Assembly: GCA_963841655.1 (NCBI GenBank)
Contig: CAWJDR010000003.1
Span: 74,854 to 138,853 of the forward strand
Direction of reading: 5' to 3'
From: an uncultured Acidobacteriota bacterium
GTDB taxonomy: Bacteria > Acidobacteriota > Terriglobia > Terriglobales > Acidobacteriaceae
DNA length: 64,000 nucleotides
Shown: piece after piece, positions 1 through 9,416 of the stretch
Layout: each line of letters begins with the position of its first letter
Numbering within the stretch: position 1 is the stretch's first letter
Program-made: the position numbers and the translations under genes
The notes under the pieces: generated by a model
Seen by the model: the letters and a program-made list of their open reading frames with translations, nothing else
Told to the model about the DNA's origin: nothing
Databases searched by the model: none

Positions 1-1
1 G

Positions 2-1228
2 GTGGTTGTCACTTCACGCCGGGACCTCCGCAACTTCAATCGAGACGAAGATCAGGGCGGACCCGCGCCTGCCGAAAGCCCGGCGCTCGATGAACCCTCG
101 CGGCAAAAGATCGAAAAGCTTTCCAACGTCACAGAAGCCTATCCAGACTTACGTTTCATCACGTCCTTTACCTATGAGACCAAACCTCACCTGACAATGG
201 TAGCCGGTGTACCAGAATCGTATCGAACCAATGATGCGTTCGAGGGTATGCAGGGCAAGTTCTTTTCCTCGGAATCTTCCGCCGAGGCAATCCTGCAAAA
301 GAGTTTCGCAGCTGAATTGCTAGGGAAAACGGCGAAGCCGGGATCCGACGATGTGCCGGTGGCGGAGTTAGCCAAGCCGCTTCTCGGCAAAGAAATGACC
401 ATGCGCTACGCGGAGCGGACGCCTTCAGGTACTACGGAGTCGGCTCCAAAGGCGAGACTTGTGCCTGAAAGCGACCGCCTTCCGGACGCGACGACGTATT
501 CAATTGCTTCGCGGGAGCTCAAGCTCAAGATCGTTGGCGTTACAGACCTGGATCCCGACAGCATGCGCGGTCCAGTACGGGCTCGTGTGTTGCTCCCCCT
601 GAAACTTGTCGAGAGCCTGCACGTGGTTCAGCCCAATGCACTTCGTGATACCACCCAGGCGTCAAGTAAGGTGCCGACGTACTCGACTGTAAGCGTTCGC
701 GTGAAGGATCCCGGTAAGATTCAGGCGGTCGAAGACGCCATCAAGAAAATGGGCTTCAACACGTTCTCCATGCTGGACGCTACGCGCAGCTTGCGACGGT
801 TCTTTGCTGTGCTGGATCTCTTTCTGGGGATCTTCGGAAGCCTCGCATTGGCCGTGGCTTCGATCGGTATCGTGAATACGTTGGTGATGGCGATTCTGGA
901 ACGGCGTCGGGAGATCGGCATCATGAAGGCCATTGGCGCTTCCGATGTCGATGTGAAGAAGCTTTTCTTCGCCGAGGCTGGTGTGATGGGAGCACTGGGT
1001 GGGGCACTGGGCGTCGCTTTGGGATGGACGATCGGCCGATTGATCAATATTGGGACGAATATTTACCTAAAGCGTCAGGATCTCGCGCCTGAACAGATCT
1101 GGTTTGTGCCGTGGTGGTTGGTCGGAAGCGCCATCGCTTTCGCAGTGATTGTCAGCCTTGTTTCCGGCCTCTATCCTGCTGCCCGCGCCGCCCGGTTGGA
1201 CCCGGTGCAGGCACTCCGCTACGAATAA
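2..1228 (+). CDS. ABC transporter permease, MacB/FtsX-like (5' partial)
   Basis: ORF open to the window edge. C-terminal FtsX-type block (ILERRREIGIMKAIGASDVDVKKLFFAEAG ... GLYPAARAARLDPVQALRYE) follows a large soluble domain. The N-terminal TM helix must lie upstream of the window. Confidence 0.8.
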   Translation: MVVTSRRDLRNFNRDEDQGGPAPAESPALDEPSRQKIEKLSNVTEAYPDLRFITSFTYETKPHLTMVAGVPESYRTNDAFEGMQGKFFSSESSAEAILQKSFAAELLGKTAKPGSDDVPVAELAKPLLGKEMTMRYAERTPSGTTESAPKARLVPESDRLPDATTYSIASRELKLKIVGVTDLDPDSMRGPVRARVLLPLKLVESLHVVQPNALRDTTQASSKVPTYSTVSVRVKDPGKIQAVEDAIKKMGFNTFSMLDATRSLRRFFAVLDLFLGIFGSLALAVASIGIVNTLVMAILERRREIGIMKAIGASDVDVKKLFFAEAGVMGALGGALGVALGWTIGRLINIGTNIYLKRQDLAPEQIWFVPWWLVGSAIAFAVIVSLVSGLYPAARAARLDPVQALRYE

Positions 1229-1282
1229 CTGCTGACGTAGAAGCCAAGATGCCCGGCAAAGTCCCGCGACGCTGGTATGCCC

Positions 1283-1846
1283 TCATACCGAGTACGACAC
1301 GTCATCATCGGCCGCCACCTGCGCCAAACTGCTTACGGCTGCGGCAACCGGTGTGGACTTGCTCCCTCGACGCATAGCCACGATCCCTGTGCGCACCATC
1401 TCCAGGACTCCATAAGGACGAAGCACTTCCAGCAAGCCGTCGATCTTGTCTTCGGCGCCAGTGATTTCGATCGTCAACGATTCGGGAGCCACATCGACCA
1501 CGCGGGCGCGAAACACGCTGGCCAACTCGAGCACATGAGAACGCGCCTCATGAGTTGCAGCTACCTTGATCATAGCCAGATCGCGGACGATCGCAGGCTG
1601 ATTGGTAATATTTTCGACCAGCAAGACGTTGACGAGTTTGTAGAGGTTGGCCTCGATGCGGCGCGCCTGGTCATGGTCAGCGTCGACCGTGATGGTCATG
1701 CGTGAGACCTCGGGCTTCTCGGTTCGTCCCACGGTCAACGAGTCGATGTTAAAGGCACGTCGGCGGAACAGGGAAGCCACGCGGGTGAGGACACCCGGCT
1801 TATTCTCCACGTACACCACAAAAGTGTTCATCATGTGAGAGTTCAT
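1283..1846 (-). CDS. ilvN: acetolactate synthase small (regulatory) subunit
   Basis: 187 aa. ACT-type N-terminus NTFVVYVENKPGVLTRVASLFRRRAFNIDSLTVGRTE. 4-nt overlap with the ilvB stop. Confidence 0.93.
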   Translation of the reverse strand: MNSHMMNTFVVYVENKPGVLTRVASLFRRRAFNIDSLTVGRTEKPEVSRMTITVDADHDQARRIEANLYKLVNVLLVENITNQPAIVRDLAMIKVAATHEARSHVLELASVFRARVVDVAPESLTIEITGAEDKIDGLLEVLRPYGVLEMVRTGIVAMRRGSKSTPVAAAVSSLAQVAADDDVSYSV

Positions 1847-3564
1847 TCGTCGGTGGCCGTCTCCACAATTGGACTGGGACGTCGAATCATATCGTGCAAA
1901 GAAGCGCCCGCGGCGACCATGGGATACACGGTATCTTCCTGCTCGACTTTAAAATCGATCAACACGGGGCCGTCATGCCTGCGGGCTGCCTGGACAGCCG
2001 GGACGACTTCGGACCGTCGCGAAACCGCCATACTCCGGATGCCGTAGGCTTCGGCGAGTTTCACAAAATTCGGATTCAGTAGGGGCGTTGCCTGGTAGTT
2101 GCGCTCATAGAAGAATTCCTGCCACTGGCGCACCATCCCCAGATAACCGTTGTTAATGATGGCGATGTTTACTTTCAAGTTCTCCTGAACGACGGTGGCC
2201 AGCTCCGCCATCGTCATCTGGAACCCGCCGTCTCCCACGACTACCCAGACTTCCGATTGCGGACGGGCAACCTTGACACCGATCGCTGCAGGAAGGGCAA
2301 ATCCCATCGTGCCCAGCCCACCGGAAGTGATGAGGGAACGCGGACGCTCGTGCTTGTAGTATTGTGCCTCCCACATCTGGTGCTGCCCGACGTCAGTCAC
2401 TACGATCGAATCAGCGTCCCGCGTTTCCCGCCACAAGTCGTTGATCACGTGAGCTGCGTAGAGATGACCGTTGTCCGGGAGATTCTGAATGTCGCGAACG
2501 GCGGCGTCACCTTTCAGTCGGTCAATGTAGTCCAGCCAATCGCTGCGGTCGACCGAGCCAACGTGGGGCAATAGTTCGTGAAGAACCTCGCGCAGGTCCC
2601 CGACCAGGGCAACATCAACTTTTACGTTCTTGTTGATTTCCGCAAGATCGATTTCTACGTGGATCTTTTTCGCATTGGGCGCGTAGGTCTTGAGATTGCC
2701 CGTGACCCGGTCGTCGAAGCGCATACCGAATGCGAGCAGCAGGTCAGCCTCCTGAATGGTGTGGTTGACCCAGGCTTCGCCGTGCATGCCCATCATGCCG
2801 AGGTTCATGGGATGGGAGGCAGGGAAGGCGCCGAGCCCGAGGAGGGTGAGCGCGACTGGAATACCGGTGCGCTCCGCGAAGTCGCGAACCTCTTTCATTG
2901 CGCCGGAAATGATGATCCCGTGGCCCGCCAGAATCACGGGCCGTTTAGCATTCTTGATCAGCTCAAGCGCCTGCTCATATTCCTTCGCGTCTGGAGAAAG
3001 ATCGGGGCGGTAACCGGGCAACTGCGGCCGCGCCGCTTCCCAATCAAATTCACAAGAACTCTGTTGCGCGTCTTTGGTGATATCGACCAGTACGGGCCCG
3101 GGACGACCGGAACGCGCTACGTAGAATGCTTCTCTCATGGTGCGAGCCAACTCGCTGGCATGCGTGACCAGGTAGTTGTGCTTTGTGATGGGCAGCGTGA
3201 CTCCGGTGATGTCGGTCTCCTGAAATGCATCAGAGCCGATCAACTTGCTGCCGACCTGCCCAGTGATGCATACGATTGGAGAGGAATCCAGCATCGCGGT
3301 GGCAATGCCGGTGACCATGTTGGTAGCCCCGGGACCGGAGGTGGCTATTGCGACGCCTACGTCACCGCTTGCGCGTGCGTACCCATCCGCCATATGCGTT
3401 GCACCTTGCTCGTGACGGACGAGTACGTGATGAACCTTGCTGTGCTTCAACGCGTCATAGGCGGGAAGAATCGCTCCGCCCGGATATCCAAACGCGTGAG
3501 TTACGTTCTCGCGCTCCAAACATTCCCAAAGGATTTCCGCACCGGTCTTGGTCATTGCTGTCAC
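1843..3564 (-). CDS. ilvB: acetolactate synthase large (catalytic) subunit
   Basis: 573 aa. ThDP-enzyme motifs (FGYPGGAILP, GLGTMGFALPAAIG, GDGGFQMT). Immediately followed by ilvN. Confidence 0.95.
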   Translation of the reverse strand: MTAMTKTGAEILWECLERENVTHAFGYPGGAILPAYDALKHSKVHHVLVRHEQGATHMADGYARASGDVGVAIATSGPGATNMVTGIATAMLDSSPIVCITGQVGSKLIGSDAFQETDITGVTLPITKHNYLVTHASELARTMREAFYVARSGRPGPVLVDITKDAQQSSCEFDWEAARPQLPGYRPDLSPDAKEYEQALELIKNAKRPVILAGHGIIISGAMKEVRDFAERTGIPVALTLLGLGAFPASHPMNLGMMGMHGEAWVNHTIQEADLLLAFGMRFDDRVTGNLKTYAPNAKKIHVEIDLAEINKNVKVDVALVGDLREVLHELLPHVGSVDRSDWLDYIDRLKGDAAVRDIQNLPDNGHLYAAHVINDLWRETRDADSIVVTDVGQHQMWEAQYYKHERPRSLITSGGLGTMGFALPAAIGVKVARPQSEVWVVVGDGGFQMTMAELATVVQENLKVNIAIINNGYLGMVRQWQEFFYERNYQATPLLNPNFVKLAEAYGIRSMAVSRRSEVVPAVQAARRHDGPVLIDFKVEQEDTVYPMVAAGASLHDMIRRPSPIVETATDE

Positions 3565-3640
3565 GTCCTCTTCCTTCTGGCTTCGCCACTCTTCGCAAGG
3601 CTTTGTAGCTTAGGCGGGATACGAAGCTCGTCCGAAACGC

Positions 3641-3677
3641 GAACGGGCCATCATCTATCTTGGATGATGGCCCGTTC
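3641..3677 (-). terminator. attenuator/terminator hairpin of the ilvBN leader
   Basis: Perfect 15-bp stem GAACGGGCCATCATC / GATGATGGCCCGTTC with a 7-nt loop. On the minus strand it is followed by GCGTTTCGG, a weak U-tract. It lies between the leader ORF stop (3700) and the ilvB start (3564). Confidence 0.55.
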
Positions 3678-3699
3678 AGAAGCTTGGCTGAGCGTCACA

Positions 3700-3810
3700 T
3701 CATCCGCTGCAGTGGATTCCTACCGATACTCGTACGACTACGCTGAAAACAATAGCGGGGAACCGCTGGTCCTGTCTAAGTCGCTTCGAGTTGGCGGTAA
3801 AGGTAAGCAT
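3700..3810 (-). CDS. candidate ilvBN leader peptide (36 aa, MLTFTANSKRLRQDQRFPAIVFSVVVRVSVGIHCSG)
   Basis: Internal ATG at 3810 of track ORF 3700..3948. 8 of 14 residues in AIVFSVVVRVSVGI are Val or Ile. The stop codon lies inside GGATGATG (3705-3698), which can pair with CATCATCC of the terminator 5' arm. Confidence 0.5.
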   Translation of the reverse strand: MLTFTANSKRLRQDQRFPAIVFSVVVRVSVGIHCSG

Positions 3811-3832
3811 TTTCGCCAGATCTATTGCACAT

Positions 3833-3861
3833 TTTGTAATCGTTCCGCTCGGCCGAGTCAA
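3833..3861 (-). promoter_or_regulatory. candidate sigma70-type promoter of the ilvBN leader
   Basis: Minus strand TTGACT (3861-3856), 17 nt, TACAAA (3838-3833), just downstream of the hom stop. The extended -35 region TTGACTCGGCCGAGCG is nearly identical to that of the his promoter. Confidence 0.4.
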
Positions 3862-3901
3862 GGATAATCTGGTAACACTCTGGTTCTGGAAGGCTGGTTG
3901 G

Positions 3902-5191
3902 TCAGTCTTCAATGCGCAACAAGAGGACCGGTTCCACCATGAAGTCAAAGGAGTTAATGGTCTCGATCGCCCGCCGAATGACGGGCTCGGAGACTGGCTC
4001 GACGGTGATTACGAACGAGACACGATCCTTGGGCAGGTGTGGCTCTTGCTCGAGAGAGTCGATATTGATCGCATGTTGCGCGATGACCTCGGCCACGCGG
4101 GCAACGATGCCGCGTTGATCTTTCACGGTAAGGCGCAGGTACCAGGCGACCGGGCGAGGATTGGTGCAAAGTTCGAGTTCCCGTGAGTTCAAGAAGCCGG
4201 AGATGTTCTTGGCGTTTAGTTGTCCAGCAGCGAGATCGCGGGAGATTTCGATCAGGTCCGAGACCACGGCCGACCCTGTCGCGTCACCGCCTGCTCCGCG
4301 TCCGTAGAACATCTGGGTCCCGATCTTGTCACCCACCAGAAACACTGCGTTGTTGACCCCTTCGACTTTGGCTAGCATCGAGCGACGACTTACCAGCCAG
4401 GGCCGGACCGAGACTTCCAATCCGTTTTCCGTGTGCTCCGCTGACCCGACCAGGCGGATCGTACTGTCGAGGCGATTCGCCGAGTGAATGTCGATGGCAC
4501 GCACGTGCCGGATGCCGTAAGTCGGAATGCGAGAAACACTCAGGCGTCCTTCAAACGCCATGCGGGCCAGAATGCAAAGCTTGTCGCGAGCGTCCTGACC
4601 ATCAATATCAAAAGATGGGTCTGCCTCGGCGAAGCCCGCATGCTGTGCCTCCTGGAGCGCCTCATCGAACTCGATGCCGCGTCCCTCCATCTCGGTCAGG
4701 ATGTAGTTCGCAGTCCCGTTGAGTATGCCGTGCACTGAGCGCAAGCGATCGCCGGCGGTGGATTCGTGAATCACACGGAGAATCGGAATGCCGCCGGCAA
4801 CGCTGGCTTCAAAGCCGATGGGCAGATTGTGCGTGGCGGCCAGTGCGAAGAGTTCGTCGCCGTGCTCAGCGAGCAGATTCTTGTTGGCGGTCACAACCGG
4901 CTTGCCCTGAGTCAGTGCGGCGCGCAGCAATTGGAGGGACTCGCCGGTGCCGCCCATGGTTTCGACGACTACGTCGACGTTGGGGTCCTGAAGCAGTTGC
5001 TTCCAATCGGAAACCGCCGATGCGCCTTTCGGAGTGTCCTTGGGCTGAATACCCGAGCGGCGACAGACCGCGGTTACATCCAACCGGATGCCACTGCGTT
5101 GTTCGATCAGACCGGCGTGTTTGGAGACGATGTCGGCCGTTGCACGGCCAACCGTTCCAAAGCCCACGATGCCAACCCGTACTCTTTTCAT
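3902..5191 (-). CDS. hom: homoserine dehydrogenase
   Basis: 429 aa. N-terminal Rossmann fold VRVGIVGFGTVGR, central catalytic domain, C-terminal ACT-like domain. 18 nt downstream of lysC. Confidence 0.92.
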   Translation of the reverse strand: MKRVRVGIVGFGTVGRATADIVSKHAGLIEQRSGIRLDVTAVCRRSGIQPKDTPKGASAVSDWKQLLQDPNVDVVVETMGGTGESLQLLRAALTQGKPVVTANKNLLAEHGDELFALAATHNLPIGFEASVAGGIPILRVIHESTAGDRLRSVHGILNGTANYILTEMEGRGIEFDEALQEAQHAGFAEADPSFDIDGQDARDKLCILARMAFEGRLSVSRIPTYGIRHVRAIDIHSANRLDSTIRLVGSAEHTENGLEVSVRPWLVSRRSMLAKVEGVNNAVFLVGDKIGTQMFYGRGAGGDATGSAVVSDLIEISRDLAAGQLNAKNISGFLNSRELELCTNPRPVAWYLRLTVKDQRGIVARVAEVIAQHAINIDSLEQEPHLPKDRVSFVITVEPVSEPVIRRAIETINSFDFMVEPVLLLRIED

Positions 5192-5209
5192 AATCGGCTG
5201 AAGAATCGA

Positions 5210-6625
5210 TCAGTTTGCAGATCCCGGACTCAGGAATTCCTGGTGAACGGCGCGCACTACGTCGTCCACCCGCGAGGCGGTCACCGCGAAGCAAATATTC
5301 AATTCGCTCGCCCCCTGGGCAACGGCAATCACGCTCACGTTGTTGCGGGCCACCACGGAAAACAATCTGCCTAGAATGCCGCAGGTGCCTTTCATGTCGG
5401 AACCGAGCACGGCGATCACGGCGATGTCCCGGTGAACGGTGATGGGATTTAGGACTTCGTGCTTCAGTTCCGTTCGAAACAGACGTTGAATCGCATGTAC
5501 GACTCGATCGGCATCGGGTTCGCGCAATACCAGACCCAACGAATCTTCGGAAGAGGATTGTGTTGAGAACAAGACATCGACGCGCTCGTGACCAAGGCGA
5601 AGAAACAAGCGTCCGAAAATCTCGGCAAAATACACGTCGCGCCGTGTCGTCAAAGTGATGAGTGCAGCCTGCGTCACGGCAGTCACGGCTTTCACAGGGC
5701 GATTGCTGGGAGGCAGGGATTGCACGATCCGGGTACCGGGAACCTCCGGCTTGAACGAATTCTTGATCCAGACAGGAATTCCACGCTCCATCGCCGGCCA
5801 GATGGCCTTTCGGTGAATGACCTTGGCGCCGTAGTACGACAATTCGATCGCTTCGGCGAAAGTGATTTCTGGAAGCGTAACTGCGTCGGGACAGACGCGG
5901 GGATCCGCAGTCAGGACGCCATCGACGTCCGTCCAGATCCAGACTTCATTTGCATCCATGGCCGCGCCTACAATCGTTCCGGAATAATCGGAGCCCCCGC
6001 GGCCGAGAGTCGAGACCTGGCCGGTCTGGGTTGCGCCACTGTAGCCCATGACCACTGGAATCTGACCCTGTTGAAGGAGCGGATGGATAACGTCACGGCA
6101 CTGACGACGAGTAGCTTCCATGTCGGGAGTCGCATCGCCAAATTTATCGTCTGTGGCTACAACGCGGGCTGAGTCCACGAACGCGCCCTTAGCGCCTAAC
6201 TCAGTTAGACAGGCAACGAAAAGGTGCGCCGACATCTGTTCGCCCAGCGGCAGCACCATGTCCATTACCTGGGGAGTTGCGGAGCCCAGCAACAACAGCG
6301 CGGAACAAAATTCCTCGAGTCTTTGCAACGTCGTCTCGACTTCTGCGGAGACGGATTTCTGATTTTCCCCGTGACACAATTCCGAAAGAACCTGCTCATG
6401 TCGACTTCGCAGCTGTTGCAGGCCCTCCTCCATTTCCTTCCCTTTGCCAAGCCGGGCAGAGTTAAGCACGCTCAGGATAAGGTCGGTCACTTTCGAAAGC
6501 GCGGAGACGACGACAACAACGTCATCGCCGCGCTGCGCGTGCTGCTGTGCGATGGTGGCCGCTTGGCGGATCCGTTCGGCACTGCCGACAGAAGTGCCTC
6601 CGAACTTCATGACAATAAGACTCAT
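5210..6625 (-). CDS. lysC: aspartate kinase
   Basis: 471 aa. N-terminus MSLIVMKFGGTSVGSAERI, GGSDYSG motif, C-terminal ACT repeats. Confidence 0.92.
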   Translation of the reverse strand: MSLIVMKFGGTSVGSAERIRQAATIAQQHAQRGDDVVVVVSALSKVTDLILSVLNSARLGKGKEMEEGLQQLRSRHEQVLSELCHGENQKSVSAEVETTLQRLEEFCSALLLLGSATPQVMDMVLPLGEQMSAHLFVACLTELGAKGAFVDSARVVATDDKFGDATPDMEATRRQCRDVIHPLLQQGQIPVVMGYSGATQTGQVSTLGRGGSDYSGTIVGAAMDANEVWIWTDVDGVLTADPRVCPDAVTLPEITFAEAIELSYYGAKVIHRKAIWPAMERGIPVWIKNSFKPEVPGTRIVQSLPPSNRPVKAVTAVTQAALITLTTRRDVYFAEIFGRLFLRLGHERVDVLFSTQSSSEDSLGLVLREPDADRVVHAIQRLFRTELKHEVLNPITVHRDIAVIAVLGSDMKGTCGILGRLFSVVARNNVSVIAVAQGASELNICFAVTASRVDDVVRAVHQEFLSPGSAN

Positions 6626-6765
6626 GGGGACCCTTGGTAGGACGGACTCGTAACCTAGTAGTACAGCATGCGAACGCGAAAACCGGCAAGAGCAAATGCC
6701 TGTTCGCTTGGGTCGGCCGGATCTGCAACAAATTGATCGGAGGATTTATTGGAACAGACTTGTGC

Positions 6766-8305
6766 TTACTCGGTTGGATTGCGCGGAAACTTCAAATACG
6801 GCAGCCGCACGCTTTGGATGACAACTTGGTCGGCGCGGATTGCTGTCGGTGCTTGAAAGTTCAGGGCGCCTGCGTTTGTGACGTAATCATCCTGATCGAC
6901 GCCGTCACCGCTCACCCCCAATCCTCCCACCAGAACGCCATTCTTGTAGAGGGGCAAGCTACCTGGGAAAAACACGATGCCATTCTGGTTAGCGTTGGCC
7001 GGTTGCGATCCTTGCGTGCAGGGATTTGCCAGGTCCGAAATAAACAGGGCAAAGAACGGGCCCGAGCCTGAGCTATCGATGCCCGGAGGAAACAACGGTT
7101 GCGCGGCGAAGCCGATCGTGCGATTCGTAATCGCAGTGCTGCTGGGCATGCCTGGCAAGTCGCCAGAGCCTGACGGACCGCTAAAATAGATCACATTCCT
7201 GGCTTTCGCGACCGCGACATCAATGCTGAACACGGTTGCGTCGGGCATCCGATGCAGACCAAGAATTGTGCCATCCAAGTCGGCCACCGCGATCGTCATG
7301 CGGGTGCGCGACCCTGAAGGTAGGCGAATCACGGCACGAGTAGTCTGTGCCGTTGCAACGGCTTGATCGATAATTGCCGAAACGTCAGATTGGGTGAGGC
7401 CGCCAGTTCCGACTAATGGTCCGACCAAGTCACCTTCGGGAGGCAGACTGCCTGCAACAGGTCCGATCAGAAAACTCCCCGTGAAGCTGCCCGGTTCCAA
7501 CTCCGGAGGGCACCGTCGTTTGGTTCACGAACGGTAGGGCAATTCCACCAATGATGACGACGCCGGGTGGCGGCAGTTGCGCAGTCGTAGGCAGAAACCC
7601 TGAGGCAGATGCGCCCGAGAAAGCAGCAAACTCAGCGACCTCGGGTGAGGTGCTCACCACGCCGATCCCACCGACCGCGTGACCATCCTTGAAGAGCGGG
7701 ACGCCTCCTGGATTCACTGCGAATGGATCGCTATCCGTTTCGTCTATTTTCCCAGTGATGATTCCCGGTCCCAGACTTAGTCCATCGATGGATCGCGACG
7801 GATTGACTGCTTTCCCTGGGTTGAAGCTCGCATTGAGGGCACAGCCCCGATTGGTGTTTTCAATGCCATATAAGTCGGCGTTGGGTGCCAGGGACACTCC
7901 CGGGGGAAAGTGAATGCCACTGATAAAACGCACCGTCCGGCTGGAAAGAGGAGCCTGGTCGTTGCTAAACAGAGCGGCCGTTCGCGCAAGGGCGGCAGCA
8001 AGTTCGTTACTGTCGACAGAGACACTGAAGTTGCCGATGGACGTCGTCGGTGCTCCGGGAGTTCGGAACACGGCGAGGATGTTTCCTATTCGATCCGATA
8101 CGGCCACGACAACGGGCACATCCACAGATTGCACAGCGTTCTGAACCACAATTTGTACGTCAGCGACACTGAGCGGTGCCCCTGAGGAAGGGGAAGGCGG
8201 TGTGACTGAGGCATGGTCACCCGTACAGGACATGAAGCTCCCCAGCCCGAGGAGTAGCGCTGTACTGGCCGTGAGCATGTACTGTCTGTTGTAAGGGCGA
8301 TTCAT
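6766..8305 (-). pseudogene. secreted or lipoprotein with two tandem GlcG/HbpS-like (DUF336) domains; one frameshift as assembled
   Basis: Track ORFs 7430..8305 and 6766..7500 overlap by 71 nt in different frames. Each carries a DUF336-like core (VVVAVSDRIGNILAVFRTPGA; TIAVADLDGTILGLHRMPDA). The frames join at about 7495-7505 (..VPSG / EPGSFTG..). The N-terminus has a signal peptide with Cys (LGSFMSC). Confidence 0.6.
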
Positions 8306-8490
8306 CTGGCGGTCGAGAGTTGTGTGCTGAAACGGTGAAACAGCAATCTACCGCACTGAGAAATGTAATACGGTCCTCATGCAGGAACGATAGTGCTACG
8401 TCGTCCGTGTAACCACAGAGGTCACTCCCGAGGCTTGGTAACGTTGACATTCCCCGTCGGTCTGGCAGAATTCGCTACAGTCCCTCGACT

Positions 8491-9339
8491 TTGTCTTGGA
8501 AACACGGGAGAACTCACTTGAATTCATTCAATCGGCTGATTGCGGGCGTCCTATGCATACTCCTGTCACCGTTGCCGGCACTATGTGAACCGGCGGCAGG
8601 TGACTATGCCGGTCAGATCAATGCGCTTATCCCGGCAGCCACGCGCAATGCCAGGCCGACCAAGGTGAAGGATGATCTGCAATGGAACGACTTGTTGAAG
8701 ACGGAGAAGTCGGGCCGACTGAGAGCAGGACTCGCGGACGGATCGATTCTGAGTCTCGGGTCCAATAGTGAACTGAAGGTCGTCCAACACGATGCCACTT
8801 CCCAGCAAACATCTCTGGAGATGAATTTCGGGAAGGTTCGCAGCAAGGTAGTGAAGATTACGCAGCCCAATGGCAAGTTCGAAATGAAGACGCCTAACGC
8901 CGTGATTGGCGTTGTGGGCACTGATTTCTACGTGGGCTACGAACCCAATAGAACTACCGTGATCTGCTACACCGGTCAGGTCATGGTCACGCCGGCGGGC
9001 AATGCCAAGATCGTTCGGAACTCCGGGCAAAACAATGCGGACAATTCGATTGCCGTCAGCGCAGGTCAAATGGTGATTATCAGCACCGAGATTCCGCCGG
9101 CGGGTTTCCAATCGGATGCGACGCCCTCTGACGTCCTGAAATCGAGCATGATCGATACCGAAGTGCCGGATGGTCCGCCACCAGCTCTCCATCCGCACCT
9201 GGTGCGCAACCTGATTCTTGGGATTGGAGTCGCCGCGACAGGATGGGCCGTCGGCATTACGCAGCTGAATCAGCATGGTGGCGCGCCTGCAGCGCGGCCA
9301 ACCTGCCAGATCAATCCGCAGACCGGGAAATGCGGCTAA
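8491..9339 (+). CDS. FecR-domain protein (signal peptide, C-terminal TM)
   Basis: 282 aa. FecR-like beta-sandwich signature (GSILSLGSNSELKV ... VIGVVGTDFYV) and a C-terminal hydrophobic helix. Directly upstream of the CHASE2 cyclase. Confidence 0.7.
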   Translation: MSWKHGRTHLNSFNRLIAGVLCILLSPLPALCEPAAGDYAGQINALIPAATRNARPTKVKDDLQWNDLLKTEKSGRLRAGLADGSILSLGSNSELKVVQHDATSQQTSLEMNFGKVRSKVVKITQPNGKFEMKTPNAVIGVVGTDFYVGYEPNRTTVICYTGQVMVTPAGNAKIVRNSGQNNADNSIAVSAGQMVIISTEIPPAGFQSDATPSDVLKSSMIDTEVPDGPPPALHPHLVRNLILGIGVAATGWAVGITQLNQHGGAPAARPTCQINPQTGKCG

Positions 9340-9416
9340 ATATGCGGGCCGGAGATTCTTCAGCACTTCCACCGCAGCGTGGAGCGTTCGGTCTGCCTGA
9401 TGCACTCTCTGCCGTC

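Noticed and set aside
2578-3867. 429-aa plus-strand ORF
   Set aside because: It lies entirely antisense to ilvB and the ilv leader. The composition is low-complexity and Arg/Gly-rich, typical of spurious antisense ORFs in GC-rich DNA. The minus-strand product has clear ThDP-enzyme motifs.
6626-6765. Possible leader, riboswitch or attenuator upstream of lysC (nested hairpin GCGAAC...GGCA..TGCC..GTTCGC)
   Set aside because: At 140 nt it is too short for a lysine riboswitch. No ORF enriched in Lys, Thr, Met or Ile is present (only MLYY-stop and a non-enriched frame). The hairpin is more simply the terminator of the upstream GlcG-like gene.
8581-9405. 274-aa minus-strand ORF
   Set aside because: It is antisense to the FecR-domain gene, which has a signal peptide and FecR-like motifs.
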